A stretch of DNA of 64,000 nt from Trypanosoma brucei (Eukaryota), in the NCBI GenBank assembly GCA_000002445.1, contig CM000207.1, forward strand, positions 1,824,001-1,888,000. Direction: 5' to 3'. The notes beneath the pieces were generated by a model. That model was not told where the DNA came from, made no database searches, and worked only from the letters and a program-made list of their open reading frames with translations. Position numbers and translations under genes: made by a program. This document shows, piece after piece, positions 11,035 to 21,650 of this stretch. Positions within the stretch are counted from its first letter, which is position 1. Each line of letters begins with the position of its first letter.

Positions 11035-14000
11035 ATGTCGAACGAGTACACGACGGCTGCAAGATTGCAACAACATCATCTTTCATCGGGTAGCGCCAAC
11101 ATGGACATGTGTGTTTACTCGAAATTGTTGGAGGGGTCCTCGACAATTCTGCAGGCAATCAACGCATTAACGCCACTGGCCCCGAAGGCAGCAAACATTG
11201 TTGAACGCGAGATCGTAAATTTTATGCGTGCGGCGACGCCCGAGCACCGCGTTCGATGTATATCGCAAATAACGGGTGCGCTTCGTGAACCAGCATTCTA
11301 CAATCAGCGTCATAAGAGGGGGTGTGCCACCTTTCTGCATAAACTTGCGGTACATTTTGTGTTTCCGCTTCTGTTGCACTCTTCCGTGCGGTATCTTCAC
11401 CGAGCCCTTGCCACCCTTGTCCGCACGGTGTACGTCGTGAGTGAGGATCTTGAGTTGTGTTTTCAAGAGGCATTTGTTACCGCGCACATAAAGCCTTGGT
11501 TTCGCGACGGGTGCCGCCCTAGTTTGTTGCAGCATCTTGACTCCACCGAACTGTCCCTGTTGAAGGATCCCATTATGAACTGGGTAAACTGCATAGATGG
11601 CACAATGTGTGTTGCCGTTCCGCTCTTTCCAGCAGTGTTTGCTAACACATTTTTCGACGTTGTTCCGCTTCTGGGCGACAGCCTGCAGTGGATGGTAGAC
11701 AATGCCTGCGCTGGATGTTCCCAGTCAGAATGTGGGAAAGGCAACAGCGGCATGCTTCTGGGCGAAGATTTGTCGTATGTCCGCTATGGCATCCGTGTTG
11801 TAACGACATATGTTCATAAATTTCTTCATCTTCTAGGTGATGTCCTGCATGAAGGGGAGGAACAAAAGATGGCTGAGGTGCAGGAGGATATATGCAAACT
11901 TTTCTCTTCTTCCTTGAGGATGCTTTCATCGGCAGTATTTCCAAAAGATGTTCTTAACGGTGCTGGACTCCTTGTATCCTCGCTTTTGACAATCCGCACG
12001 TGCGACGCATCGTTTTTACTTGAGATCTGTCGCTACTGCGGCGCCAGTGAAGTCCGTAAGGAGTCGAACTTCACTTCGGTTGCTGACGACGATGGTTGTA
12101 GCAAACGATGGACGGAAGAGTACGTTAGGGAGTTTGTGCAACTTGTGTGTTCCAGTGACCCTCAGCATGAGATATTGCAACGCTCCTTTTCACGAGACTC
12201 GTTGCGCCGAATATTCTATTCGTTCACTGCAAATGGTCGTTTCGCCTTGATGAAGGGTTTACTTGCGCATTTATCGACCCCTCTGCGCGGTAACATTGGT
12301 TCTGTTGGTGTGCTGCTGAAACCTGTTGTCCCTTTATTGGACAATCTCAGTTCCTATGCCGCCAGTGGGCGGCCCTTGGTTGCGGTGTACGACGTCATAA
12401 TTCCAGCTGCTATTTCTTATTGCTCCGCCCTCCATGTCCCAGACACGCGCTTCATGGCCATTCAAACTATAGATTCTGTTGTTCGACACCTTTCTTCTGT
12501 GTTTACATGCATTGCTGACCTACTCGAAACCACGCTTGAAGAAAGCGTCGTCGAAGGCACGACGCGTGTAGTGAAGAGGGGCGTGCAGCGTGCTGGCGGA
12601 GTTGGGTTACTGACTGAAACTGATCGCAAGGCACTAAGCGCACTGTGCGCAAATACTTCTGGACTTATGCGAGCGCTAAGCGAAGCAACAGAGGTAATCA
12701 TGGGGATGTGGGACGACAGTACACAGCATGTGGCCGGGCCGCTATATGGAGCATACAGCGAAATACTTGCTGTCCATTCCTCTGTTAGACGTTGCAACAC
12801 CCTTTTGTCGCAAGGTTCTGGTGCACCAAACCAGGAAGTCGATGCACTGGATGTTGCGGAGACCCTACATGTAATTCTGCCAATACCCAATGAAAGGAGA
12901 GGTAAGTACCACGCACTTTTGGCCCTTCTTGACGTTGTGCAGGTACCTCAGTTTCTCTTGGAGCTGCGTCAACATCGTGCTAAATGCAGCAAAGAAGGCG
13001 CTGCTGATTATTGTTCTGCAGTGACGCCCGATGATGTTTCAGAAGTTGATGCGCTCTGCGAATTCAGCAGAATGCTTCTTGGTGGCGCAATAAATCCCAA
13101 GGTAGGGAGCGCTGCTGGTGAAGTTTTTGCGAAAACGGCCAATTATATTCGTCTTTCGAGCGGTACTGAAACAGAAACTGAAAAACTGTTTTTTGGGGGT
13201 GTCATTGAGCCGTTGTTAAAGTCAATTGTGGTTCCCGGATATTGTGCACCTTTGCACGTCGAAGATGCGACACGTATCTCAAACATTGTGACACACATGA
13301 TCTCTCCGTGTCTGAAACGTGACGAGTCATACCTCCCAACCCTGTTGTCGCGTTTAGCAACGATGGTCGAAAGCGGGGATTGCTATTTCCGGCTGGGTCA
13401 AAGTATTGTTGAAATTTTACACCGTGCTCGTGTTGCTGGCAGGGATGTGAGCACTTATATTCATCCCAGAAGTCGCCTTTTCAAGGTTGTCCTCTCGAGT
13501 CTACAATCACATTCAAGCGAACTTCGTTATACCGCATTGGGTCTGTGCGTGCTCACCATGAAGAAGGCCGAGCCTGTGCATTACTGGCAGTGTCGCCTCA
13601 TGGAATGGTACATTAGTACTAATATGCACTCGGGAGGTGATTCGGCGGCCATGCGAAACCTTTTAGAAGTATACAAAAAATGGGCTCAGCGGCTGGTTGA
13701 CAGTTGTGCGAGCAAGTGCAGCAATCGTCGCAGGAAGGCAGAAGGGAACGAAACGAGCGATCAGTATAGAGATCTTGTCACCAAACACTTCGTTCGAACC
13801 GTGTCGTACATTGCACCGCACATTGGTGAGTCTGTAGAGTGGTGCCGCAATCTTTCGCTTGAACGACGCGTGACAGCGATGATGATATACTCATGCCTCC
13901 TCCGAAACTCCACTGAGGTTTTCACAGATACACAACTTCACGAACTTCAGGAGCAGTTACTTCCCGAAACCCTTGTCGAAGGTTTGCTAGAGTGTCTGTC

Positions 14001-17000
14001 ATCAGGTTGGGTGAAAGCACGCGAGTGTGCGTTTGGCATCCTTCAAACGTATTGCAAGTATGCTGCCAGCGCTGTATTTTCTGAGCGCCGCTTGGGTAAC
14101 CCGGTGGCGGCTAGTGATGCGAAGGCAGGGCTTTCCCATGCTCGCACGTACAAAAAGGCGGAAGGTGAGGTGTTGCGATATGTATTGGCCACATATTTCA
14201 CACCCGCTGCTAGGAAAGCGGCATCCGAGGACCCACAAAGAGAGTGCAAACGGCGGCTGGAATTAGTAAAACTCGAGATTGCTGCACTTCACGGCAAATT
14301 TGTCGGACTATGCCAATTGGGTACTAAGAAGGCATACCAACTTGTCAAACTTCATCCATTTCACGGTTCTCTTTCGCTTTGTGCAGCATTGCTATCAAAT
14401 GTCAAGGAGGTATGTACCACTGCTGACGGACTGCAAGAGTCGTGTAACCAGATGCTTCTGTGCTGCAATCAGGCTCTACAGAATTGTTCCCTACTTGTTG
14501 GGGGGGAGGCCAGCGGCTCTGCAAATGAAGGTGATGTGGACGTGGACTGTCGCGGGCACGCATTCGACAAAGGGAACCCTTGCGAGGAGGCGAGTATGCG
14601 TGCAGTTGTGAACAACACATGGCTCTGTATCCGCACAGCCGCCGCCGCAGTTGAGCGTGTCGTGGCTCTTGTCAGCATTGACAGTCTCGACTTCAAGGTT
14701 GTTCGTGGGGTGTGTTACGTGCTCGTGGAGTCTCTCCTTCGGACTAAGCACAATGGTGTGATGCGTGCGGTGCGTGGAGCACTGAAAACGATTGCTGCTG
14801 CTCTTCTTCGCTCGCGGGATGTAACCTGCCATACTCTCCCTTCTGAGATTCTGGAGTTTCTGTTGGGACCAGATGGCGTCACCTCCGTAAGTGTAGCGCG
14901 CATGCTGCGGCGCAGCCAAGGGTTGCCACATGCCCTGCTTGCTGTGCTTGAGGCGGAAGACATAGGCGTTCCTGCTACCCTCTTTCCCCAAGCTATGAAG
15001 AGGCTTCTTCATGTGGCAACCAATGCACATAGCAACGAGGGCGGCCCAGATTTGTGCCCCCCAAACGGTAATGATGAGCGGCGGACGCCCGAAGCTGATG
15101 GGGAGATTCGTCGTAGCCAGCGTTCAAACGCTCTGAACGTTTTGAAGTTTATATTTGAAAACAAATCATTTGCATCGCGCTCCGTGTCACACCTTGAAGA
15201 TGCATTTTGGATAGCGGCGTCCGGGTTCGATGATCCCAGTTGGGGCATACGGAACAGCTCACTGATGCTCTTTTCAGCTGTACTTCCCCGTTTCGTTGGC
15301 GAGCATCCCTCTACCGGTGGTGTAGGAGTGAACACCTCTCTCCACGACATTGCTATTCGTGCTCCCCGCGCAGTGGCCTTTGCGTACGAGGAGTTGGTTA
15401 AGAGCTTCACGAACCCCTCACCGAGCTTGGGAGTGTTTCCACTTCTGCAGATGCTTTCTATGCTAGCTCCCGATCCCCCCCATGTTATCACAAAGGCAAC
15501 TACGGTAAACCTGGAGGGAGAGGAACAAGAGCAACCTGACTCACAGCGCATCGTGAATGCAGTGGTACGCTGTGGTTCTTCAAGGAATCTCATGATTCGT
15601 GCTGCCTGCAGTGTCGCACTGACATCGCTTGTGCCACCGACTAACCTTGAGGGATTGTTTGCAGAGTTTTGTTCAGCGCTATCTGCATCACGAACCGCAG
15701 CGAACGCCTTACACGGCGTGTTGCTGCACCTTCAGCAGTTTCATACTTTCTACGTTGGAACGCTTCGTCGTCACGTGAAACCAAGGGCACTGAGCAGCAG
15801 TGTGACACCCACTGTGCAACTGCTTGTTAGCCGCCTTACTGTAGAGGGCCTTACTATTTCTCAGGGGAATTCTGCGCAGGAACCGGTGCTGTCACGGGCT
15901 TGTGTCCGCTGTCCAACAATAGCCGCCACCTTCTTTAGTGTCGCATCTGATGCACTATACCATGCAACAGTTGGTATGAAGGGCATTGAAAAAAAAGATA
16001 TCACCGATTCCGTCCGGTCGCTGGTGAACATTGGTGTTTCGACGCTACACTCTATACTGTGTACCGCCACCCCGCTGTACAGCCTTTCGCGCGCCTACCA
16101 TGCGGCTGTTGTGGAAAATATCACCCTTTTTGCACTGCTCGCTGTGCATTATCTGTCGGATATCACCACCCATCATGGAACACATGACGCATTATGGGTT
16201 GCGTTGCGCGATGTTTTCGCTTGCGATGCGAGCAAAATAATCATGTCTCATACCATGAACCACATAAGCTACCTAATGTCGAAGAATTGGTGGTCGAGTG
16301 AGATATCGGTTGGCGTTGTGAAGCAATTTGCTGTACGTATGAAGTGCGATCTTGTACACGCGGCTTTAACGATGTTGCGGGAGAGCCTTGGCGACGACAG
16401 ACATGTGAAAGGTCTGTCGTGCTTGGAGCTGTTACGTATGCAGTCTCAGTTGGAGTTTGTTGTTACCATGAGTAAGGAGGGGCTCATGTGTCTAGAGGCG
16501 CACAGTGAATTATTTGACGCAGTAGAGGACCTACTTCTACGGCGCATGGACCCCAGTGCTAAGCATTTTCTGCGCAATGCAGATGTGCATAGTTGGGCTA
16601 TTCGCTTTCTTGGTCTCCGTTGTACTTGTCATATGCCACACAACAAAGCCGTCTTGGAGATCATTACACATTACTGTCTTCCCACAGTGAATGTACAGAC
16701 GCGATTAGCGGTAGTGGATTCACTGAATGATAGTTTCTTGGCGGGTGTCGTAACAAGCCCCGCTGCCGCCGCTACTACTTCTACATTTACTAAGCAGCGA
16801 TCTGTTTACCTCCTTGTTTTGCTTCAGCTCCTGTTCGACGACGCCTATGATGTGCGCACTGCTGCTTGCCGTGTCGTCTCACGTCTCGTATTGGCGGCGG
16901 CTTTGCCACTTGACCACACAAGTTGTGTGATCGCTCTCGTGTCGCTTCTTCGCTCGTATTGTTCCACTGGGGAGTTGTCACCGGTGATGGTAAAGCAACA

Positions 17001-17295
17001 TCTTCTAAAGAATACGGAATGCTGTCTTTCCGGCTCTGCAAATAAGGATACGTGTGGTGACGATGATGATGAAGGGAGTGATGAAGAAGGCGTGCTCTTC
17101 GAAAAGGAGGCGGATAACATGTTTGCCGAGGGTTCGTTGCTTGCCTTTCTTGCAACCGTAATTACACGGGAGGGGGCTGACTGCGTGCCGGTTTTTTCGG
17201 TGTACACTGAACTAGTGAACGTTTCGGAACGGTGCGGTAACCCGGCGGTCATGTACGGTGCGCTGCTGGATGAGCCGTCGCCATGTGGCGCCTGA
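11035..17295 (+). CDS. giant (2086 aa) alpha-helical HEAT/ARM-repeat-like protein. It is possibly THADA-like, but the family is not confirmed.
   Basis: A 6.3-kb uninterrupted ORF, Leu/Ala-rich with periodic helical-repeat character throughout. It has an acidic tail (GDDDDEGSDEEG). All antisense ORFs within it are short. Confidence 0.7.
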   Translation: MSNEYTTAARLQQHHLSSGSANMDMCVYSKLLEGSSTILQAINALTPLAPKAANIVEREIVNFMRAATPEHRVRCISQITGALREPAFYNQRHKRGCATFLHKLAVHFVFPLLLHSSVRYLHRALATLVRTVYVVSEDLELCFQEAFVTAHIKPWFRDGCRPSLLQHLDSTELSLLKDPIMNWVNCIDGTMCVAVPLFPAVFANTFFDVVPLLGDSLQWMVDNACAGCSQSECGKGNSGMLLGEDLSYVRYGIRVVTTYVHKFLHLLGDVLHEGEEQKMAEVQEDICKLFSSSLRMLSSAVFPKDVLNGAGLLVSSLLTIRTCDASFLLEICRYCGASEVRKESNFTSVADDDGCSKRWTEEYVREFVQLVCSSDPQHEILQRSFSRDSLRRIFYSFTANGRFALMKGLLAHLSTPLRGNIGSVGVLLKPVVPLLDNLSSYAASGRPLVAVYDVIIPAAISYCSALHVPDTRFMAIQTIDSVVRHLSSVFTCIADLLETTLEESVVEGTTRVVKRGVQRAGGVGLLTETDRKALSALCANTSGLMRALSEATEVIMGMWDDSTQHVAGPLYGAYSEILAVHSSVRRCNTLLSQGSGAPNQEVDALDVAETLHVILPIPNERRGKYHALLALLDVVQVPQFLLELRQHRAKCSKEGAADYCSAVTPDDVSEVDALCEFSRMLLGGAINPKVGSAAGEVFAKTANYIRLSSGTETETEKLFFGGVIEPLLKSIVVPGYCAPLHVEDATRISNIVTHMISPCLKRDESYLPTLLSRLATMVESGDCYFRLGQSIVEILHRARVAGRDVSTYIHPRSRLFKVVLSSLQSHSSELRYTALGLCVLTMKKAEPVHYWQCRLMEWYISTNMHSGGDSAAMRNLLEVYKKWAQRLVDSCASKCSNRRRKAEGNETSDQYRDLVTKHFVRTVSYIAPHIGESVEWCRNLSLERRVTAMMIYSCLLRNSTEVFTDTQLHELQEQLLPETLVEGLLECLSSGWVKARECAFGILQTYCKYAASAVFSERRLGNPVAASDAKAGLSHARTYKKAEGEVLRYVLATYFTPAARKAASEDPQRECKRRLELVKLEIAALHGKFVGLCQLGTKKAYQLVKLHPFHGSLSLCAALLSNVKEVCTTADGLQESCNQMLLCCNQALQNCSLLVGGEASGSANEGDVDVDCRGHAFDKGNPCEEASMRAVVNNTWLCIRTAAAAVERVVALVSIDSLDFKVVRGVCYVLVESLLRTKHNGVMRAVRGALKTIAAALLRSRDVTCHTLPSEILEFLLGPDGVTSVSVARMLRRSQGLPHALLAVLEAEDIGVPATLFPQAMKRLLHVATNAHSNEGGPDLCPPNGNDERRTPEADGEIRRSQRSNALNVLKFIFENKSFASRSVSHLEDAFWIAASGFDDPSWGIRNSSLMLFSAVLPRFVGEHPSTGGVGVNTSLHDIAIRAPRAVAFAYEELVKSFTNPSPSLGVFPLLQMLSMLAPDPPHVITKATTVNLEGEEQEQPDSQRIVNAVVRCGSSRNLMIRAACSVALTSLVPPTNLEGLFAEFCSALSASRTAANALHGVLLHLQQFHTFYVGTLRRHVKPRALSSSVTPTVQLLVSRLTVEGLTISQGNSAQEPVLSRACVRCPTIAATFFSVASDALYHATVGMKGIEKKDITDSVRSLVNIGVSTLHSILCTATPLYSLSRAYHAAVVENITLFALLAVHYLSDITTHHGTHDALWVALRDVFACDASKIIMSHTMNHISYLMSKNWWSSEISVGVVKQFAVRMKCDLVHAALTMLRESLGDDRHVKGLSCLELLRMQSQLEFVVTMSKEGLMCLEAHSELFDAVEDLLLRRMDPSAKHFLRNADVHSWAIRFLGLRCTCHMPHNKAVLEIITHYCLPTVNVQTRLAVVDSLNDSFLAGVVTSPAAAATTSTFTKQRSVYLLVLLQLLFDDAYDVRTAACRVVSRLVLAAALPLDHTSCVIALVSLLRSYCSTGELSPVMVKQHLLKNTECCLSGSANKDTCGDDDDEGSDEEGVLFEKEADNMFAEGSLLAFLATVITREGADCVPVFSVYTELVNVSERCGNPAVMYGALLDEPSPCGA

Positions 17296-17691
17296 CATTA
17301 CGATGTGACACGTAGCGTTGTTAATTTAATAAAGAGGTGCAGCGAGCATCTACACATTGTGAGAATCGATTAAGGAAGTGGCTCCTATGAGCCTCTGTAC
17401 GATTTTTTACAAACAACTTTTTAACCGCTGTGGTATGTGGCGTTACGATGGCTCTTGCATTTCCCTGTGCGGGGTGGAAGAATTGCAATGCCAACGCTAT
17501 CCGTGTAGTGTGCGGATACCACAAAGTGGGCCACATTTGAATGTGTTCGGTGGTATTTTTACTAAAAGTTGTACAACGTACTTGATCGTAACTTCACGTA
17601 CGCCCATCATCTGGTCCGTATGATTTTCTCCTATATATTTTTTTTTCGTGGGGTTACATGGGATTTTATTACTAGAAACTGAGGGAAGTAA

Positions 17692-18987
17692 GTGGGTTTG
17701 GGGGAAGACATATCAAGTCTGAATTGGCAAATGTCTGTTTCTAGTCAAATAGGCATAAGGCGACACGCCTTGTTGCCCTTTATCGGGAGTGTTGCAAGCC
17801 GCCGTAGCTTTCGAGGATGCCAATGGACTCATCACAGTTGCCGCTTCATGTCGTCCTGCAACCCTCTTCGTGGGTCCTTCAAATATCGTCACAACAGAAC
17901 ACTCCCTGAAGATGCAGTTAATCCATTAACGACCCCAACAAACGTCGACGCGGGAGTTCTTCACGTTGTTTCCGTGCCTATTGGTAACTTGAAAGACTTT
18001 TCTATTCGTGCACTTGATGTACTTCGACAAGTGGATTACATTGTAACGACGGACCGCCCTGCAACAAAGACACTCCTTGACCTTGTTCAAATTGAGTCCC
18101 AGGGCCGCTTAATTCATTATTCCCGTAGCAATCGCACGACAACGAAGGAGAAACTAGTTGAGCTCCTGTTGGGGGGCAGGAGAATGGCATTGGTGTGTAC
18201 GAGCGGAACACCATGCGTGGGTGATGTAGGCGGTGAACTGGTGCGGGAGATGCAGGCTGAAGGTGTTCGTGTCGCGGCGGTACCCGGGTCATGCGCTCTG
18301 ACATGTGCATTGGCTGTTGCTGGTGTCACAACTTCCCTTCACGAGGTTAGTGCGACTGCAGACACGAATCGGGCATGTGCTGCCAAGCGGCCGAGGATTG
18401 GCTCTCTCCGTGACGGTTCTTTTTACTTTGGAAATGTGCTTCCGGAATCTCATGGTGAGCGGTTGCGGGTCCTTCGGACGGCTGTAGGAGAGGCAACTCA
18501 CCCATGTGTTTTTTATGAGGTTCCCCGGCGTCTTTTGTCGGTTTTACAGGACATCGCACTCGTCCTTCCCAAACGACGCGTCGTACTAACACATGAACTG
18601 ACAAAGGTAAATGAATCTATACATGCAGATGTTGCAGAAAAGCTACTGTCTTTTTATTCGCGACAGGAGGCGAATATGCTGCTTAAGAAGGGGCAACTTG
18701 TCCTGATCATCGATGGGCCGGATGAAAACGAAATGCGGGAACGCTTAGAATGCGAAGCCCTAAAACGACAGCGACTGCGGAGGAGTTTTGCGTCGTTAAC
18801 CGGACGCTGTGGTAACATGGAGGAGAAAAATACTCACGATGTGGGGAAGACTAAAAGAATGAGGTTGTGCCGTCGGTCCTTATTGCGCAAGAAGCGGCGT
18901 GAGGCGCTTATTTCAAGAATAGAAAAAGAACAAGAGAGAATACGAATGACAATGTTGATTAACCGTACGGACGCAACAAGAGATTAA
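17692..18987 (+). CDS. RsmI-like tetrapyrrole (corrin/porphyrin) methylase-fold protein. It is a putative rRNA 2'-O-methyltransferase, likely organellar. Its C-terminal extension is basic.
   Basis: 'VVSVPIGNLKDFSIRALDVLRQVDYIVTTDRPATKTLLDLV...MALVCTSGTPCVGDVGGELVREMQAEGVRVAAVPGSCALTCALAVAG' parallels bacterial RsmI 'YIVPTPIGNLADIT.RAL.VL..VD.IAAEDTR....LL......ALVSDAGTP.I.DPG..LV......GI.V..LPG..A...AL..AG'. The N-terminus is R/S-rich (IGIRRHALLPFIGSVASRRSFRG), suggesting a mitochondrial presequence. The start Met is uncertain (17692, 17731 or later). Confidence 0.75.
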   Translation: MGLGEDISSLNWQMSVSSQIGIRRHALLPFIGSVASRRSFRGCQWTHHSCRFMSSCNPLRGSFKYRHNRTLPEDAVNPLTTPTNVDAGVLHVVSVPIGNLKDFSIRALDVLRQVDYIVTTDRPATKTLLDLVQIESQGRLIHYSRSNRTTTKEKLVELLLGGRRMALVCTSGTPCVGDVGGELVREMQAEGVRVAAVPGSCALTCALAVAGVTTSLHEVSATADTNRACAAKRPRIGSLRDGSFYFGNVLPESHGERLRVLRTAVGEATHPCVFYEVPRRLLSVLQDIALVLPKRRVVLTHELTKVNESIHADVAEKLLSFYSRQEANMLLKKGQLVLIIDGPDENEMRERLECEALKRQRLRRSFASLTGRCGNMEEKNTHDVGKTKRMRLCRRSLLRKKRREALISRIEKEQERIRMTMLINRTDATRD

Positions 18988-19050
18988 GCCCTACCCACTA
19001 AGTTTAGGTATGACTTGGGTATTTGTCTACACTGGCAACTATGATTGTAG

Positions 19051-19077
19051 TCTCTTTTTTTTTTTTCGTACACAAAT
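19051..19077 (+). promoter_or_regulatory. polypyrimidine tract upstream of 6PGDH (candidate SL trans-splice signal)
   Basis: tctctttttttttttttcgtacac is about 400 nt upstream of the ATG at 19482. Confidence 0.35.
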
Positions 19078-19481
19078 ATGCCCCGTTTCCTCGTCTTTGC
19101 TTTCACATTGTAACTATATATATGTATGAGCTGTTAACAAGGGGCCAGCTACATATTATTGTTTCACGTCAGTGTACGTGATTGTCCTTCATTTTTTTCT
19201 CGAGTGTTTCGTACCTCGTTTCACTTACTTGAACACATAAAAAGAATAATGCACATCAAGACTCCCCGCTTTGTATGTCATTCGTATTTTGAAAAAAAAA
19301 AGGAGAAAAGAACATAACCCTACACAAAGATTAAAGATAAGTTTTTATACATATATTTACTACCACATAAATTGTTGATATAATTACGAAGTGGCCTGTG
19401 GTGCAAACAACAGGAAACACCTGTGGAAAGGCATAAAAATAACTGTTGTTACTTTCAGGAAGGGGAAAAAGACGGAAGATC

Positions 19482-20921
19482 ATGTCAATGGATGTCGGTG
19501 TTGTCGGCCTCGGGGTGATGGGCGCGAACCTGGCCTTGAACATTGCGGAGAAAGGGTTTAAAGTTGCTGTGTTCAACCGTACGTACTCTAAGAGCGAGGA
19601 ATTCATGAAAGCGAATGCCTCTGCTCCATTTGCGGGTAATTTGAAGGCGTTTGAAACTATGGAGGCATTTGCAGCGTCACTCAAGAAACCTCGAAAGGCC
19701 CTCATCCTGGTGCAGGCGGGCGCGGCTACGGACTCAACAATTGAACAACTTAAGAAAGTGTTTGAGAAGGGAGATATCCTCGTTGATACCGGTAACGCGC
19801 ATTTTAAGGATCAGGGACGCCGCGCCCAGCAGCTGGAGGCGGCAGGTCTCCGGTTTCTTGGGATGGGCATATCCGGGGGCGAGGAGGGTGCACGCAAAGG
19901 GCCAGCCTTTTTCCCTGGAGGGACGCTTAGTGTGTGGGAGGAAATACGACCAATTGTTGAGGCCGCCGCAGCTAAGGCAGATGATGGCCGGCCCTGTGTG
20001 ACGATGAACGGCAGCGGCGGCGCGGGATCATGCGTGAAGATGTACCACAATTCGGGTGAATACGCCATTTTGCAAATTTGGGGTGAGGTTTTTGACATCC
20101 TTCGGGCAATGGGACTGAACAACGATGAAGTTGCTGCCGTTCTTGAAGATTGGAAATCAAAGAACTTCTTGAAGTCTTATATGCTCGATATCTCAATTGC
20201 AGCCGCGCGGGCAAAGGATAAGGATGGAAGTTATCTTACGGAGCACGTGATGGATCGTATTGGATCGAAGGGCACCGGCTTATGGTCCGCCCAAGAGGCT
20301 CTCGAGATTGGAGTCCCTGCGCCCAGTTTGAACATGGCTGTCGTATCGCGGCAGTTCACAATGTATAAAACTGAGCGTCAAGCGAATGCCAGCAATGCAC
20401 CCGGTATTACTCAATCCCCTGGATACACTCTCAAAAACAAAAGCCCCAGTGGGCCCGAAATTAAGCAGCTCTACGACTCTGTGTGCATTGCCATTATCTC
20501 ATGCTACGCTCAAATGTTTCAGTGCCTGCGTGAGATGGACAAGGTGCATAACTTCGGACTCAATCTTCCAGCTACCATTGCAACTTTCCGCGCCGGTTGC
20601 ATTTTGCAGGGCTACCTTTTAAAACCCATGACTGAGGCATTCGAAAAGAATCCCAACATTAGCAATCTCATGTGTGCATTCCAAACCGAGATCAGGGCAG
20701 GACTACAGAATTACCGCGATATGGTGGCACTTATCACATCAAAGTTGGAAGTGTCCATTCCTGTGCTGTCGGCCTCCCTCAATTACGTTACTGCGATGTT
20801 TACGCCAACACTCAAGTATGGGCAACTTGTGTCGTTGCAGCGGGATGTGTTCGGTCGGCACGGCTACGAAAGGGTGGATAAAGACGGCCGCGAATCATTC
20901 CAATGGCCTGAGTTGCAATAA
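19482..20921 (+). CDS. GND: 6-phosphogluconate dehydrogenase, decarboxylating (479 aa)
   Basis: MSMDVGVVGLGVMGANLALNIAEKG carries the NADP-binding G-x-G-x-x-G Rossmann motif. There is full-length collinearity with the 6PGDH family. The sequence matches the T. brucei 6PGDH N-terminus recalled from memory. The tracked ORF begins 12 codons earlier at 19446, but MSMDV is the conserved start. Confidence 0.95.
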   Translation: MSMDVGVVGLGVMGANLALNIAEKGFKVAVFNRTYSKSEEFMKANASAPFAGNLKAFETMEAFAASLKKPRKALILVQAGAATDSTIEQLKKVFEKGDILVDTGNAHFKDQGRRAQQLEAAGLRFLGMGISGGEEGARKGPAFFPGGTLSVWEEIRPIVEAAAAKADDGRPCVTMNGSGGAGSCVKMYHNSGEYAILQIWGEVFDILRAMGLNNDEVAAVLEDWKSKNFLKSYMLDISIAAARAKDKDGSYLTEHVMDRIGSKGTGLWSAQEALEIGVPAPSLNMAVVSRQFTMYKTERQANASNAPGITQSPGYTLKNKSPSGPEIKQLYDSVCIAIISCYAQMFQCLREMDKVHNFGLNLPATIATFRAGCILQGYLLKPMTEAFEKNPNISNLMCAFQTEIRAGLQNYRDMVALITSKLEVSIPVLSASLNYVTAMFTPTLKYGQLVSLQRDVFGRHGYERVDKDGRESFQWPELQ

Positions 20922-21527
20922 CATACTTTGCCTCATATTCTCTTCGTCCTTTCCTCTGTTCTATTAACAGAAATCTACGATGTGACATGGAGCGATTGTG
21001 TGATACGAGGGTTGATCGGATGTACACGCGCGTATTTTCATACACAATTTGTCGTGCAACAACCTTGTGGAACAACCGAAGGGGAAAAGGAGAGAGACAA
21101 AAGGTGTCGAAGGGGGAACGGAAAAAATGTGCGTGTGGGCAAGGCGGATGTGCAAAAGGTAGCTGAATAGCGGAAGGGGAGAGGAGGGTTGTGGTTTATT
21201 ATTATACTGGTGCAAAAGTTGGGAGGGAGAAGAGTGACATTGGGGTTCTTTCTTTTTCCTTTTTCAATGCTCTGAAGCACCTTCCGCCTTCTCACTTCGC
21301 CGATGTCGTGCACATCATAAACCCCTTTTGAGTAATTAACTTTTTATTTTGCCGTGGGAAAGTACTGTGTGGCGCTGATTTTTCTTTTACCATTACAATT
21401 TATTATATTATTTTGAAAAAAAAACGCCTGGTGAATTTTCTAACGACATGTTTGTTTAGTTTGTCTTTTTCCAACACTATTTGGAGTACTTTGTTTATGC
21501 CCCTCCAGCATATGCATGTTCTCTGCT

Positions 21528-21650
21528 ACGATTTTTTTCTTCACCGCCACTTTATGTAGCAAACACGTTTCCCTTCACTTTCCTTCCATTTTCTTGTCTA
21601 TTCTTCCCTTTCCTCACTTTCTTTGATGTATGCCATGTGGTTTGTATTTT
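21528..21650 (+). promoter_or_regulatory. extended polypyrimidine region upstream of the mitochondrial carrier gene
   Basis: C/T-rich sequence (ttcccttcactttccttccattttcttgtctattcttccctttcctcactttctttg). The tracker translates it as a spurious F/L-rich ORF, 21481..21822. Confidence 0.4.

Noticed and set aside
11167-17252. Numerous minus-strand ORFs (for example 12462..12890, 14491..15030, 15009..15593, 16845..17252) inside the giant + strand gene
   Set aside because: They are antisense to a long, clearly coding ORF. They are short and Arg/Ser/Pro-rich, as expected from antisense translation of GC-rich coding DNA. No minus-strand gene anywhere in the window is supported.
19446-19481. Upstream extension of the 6PGDH ORF (MLLSGRGKRRKI-)
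   Set aside because: The conserved enzyme begins at MSMDVGVVGLG. The extension is an in-frame read-through of the 5' UTR.
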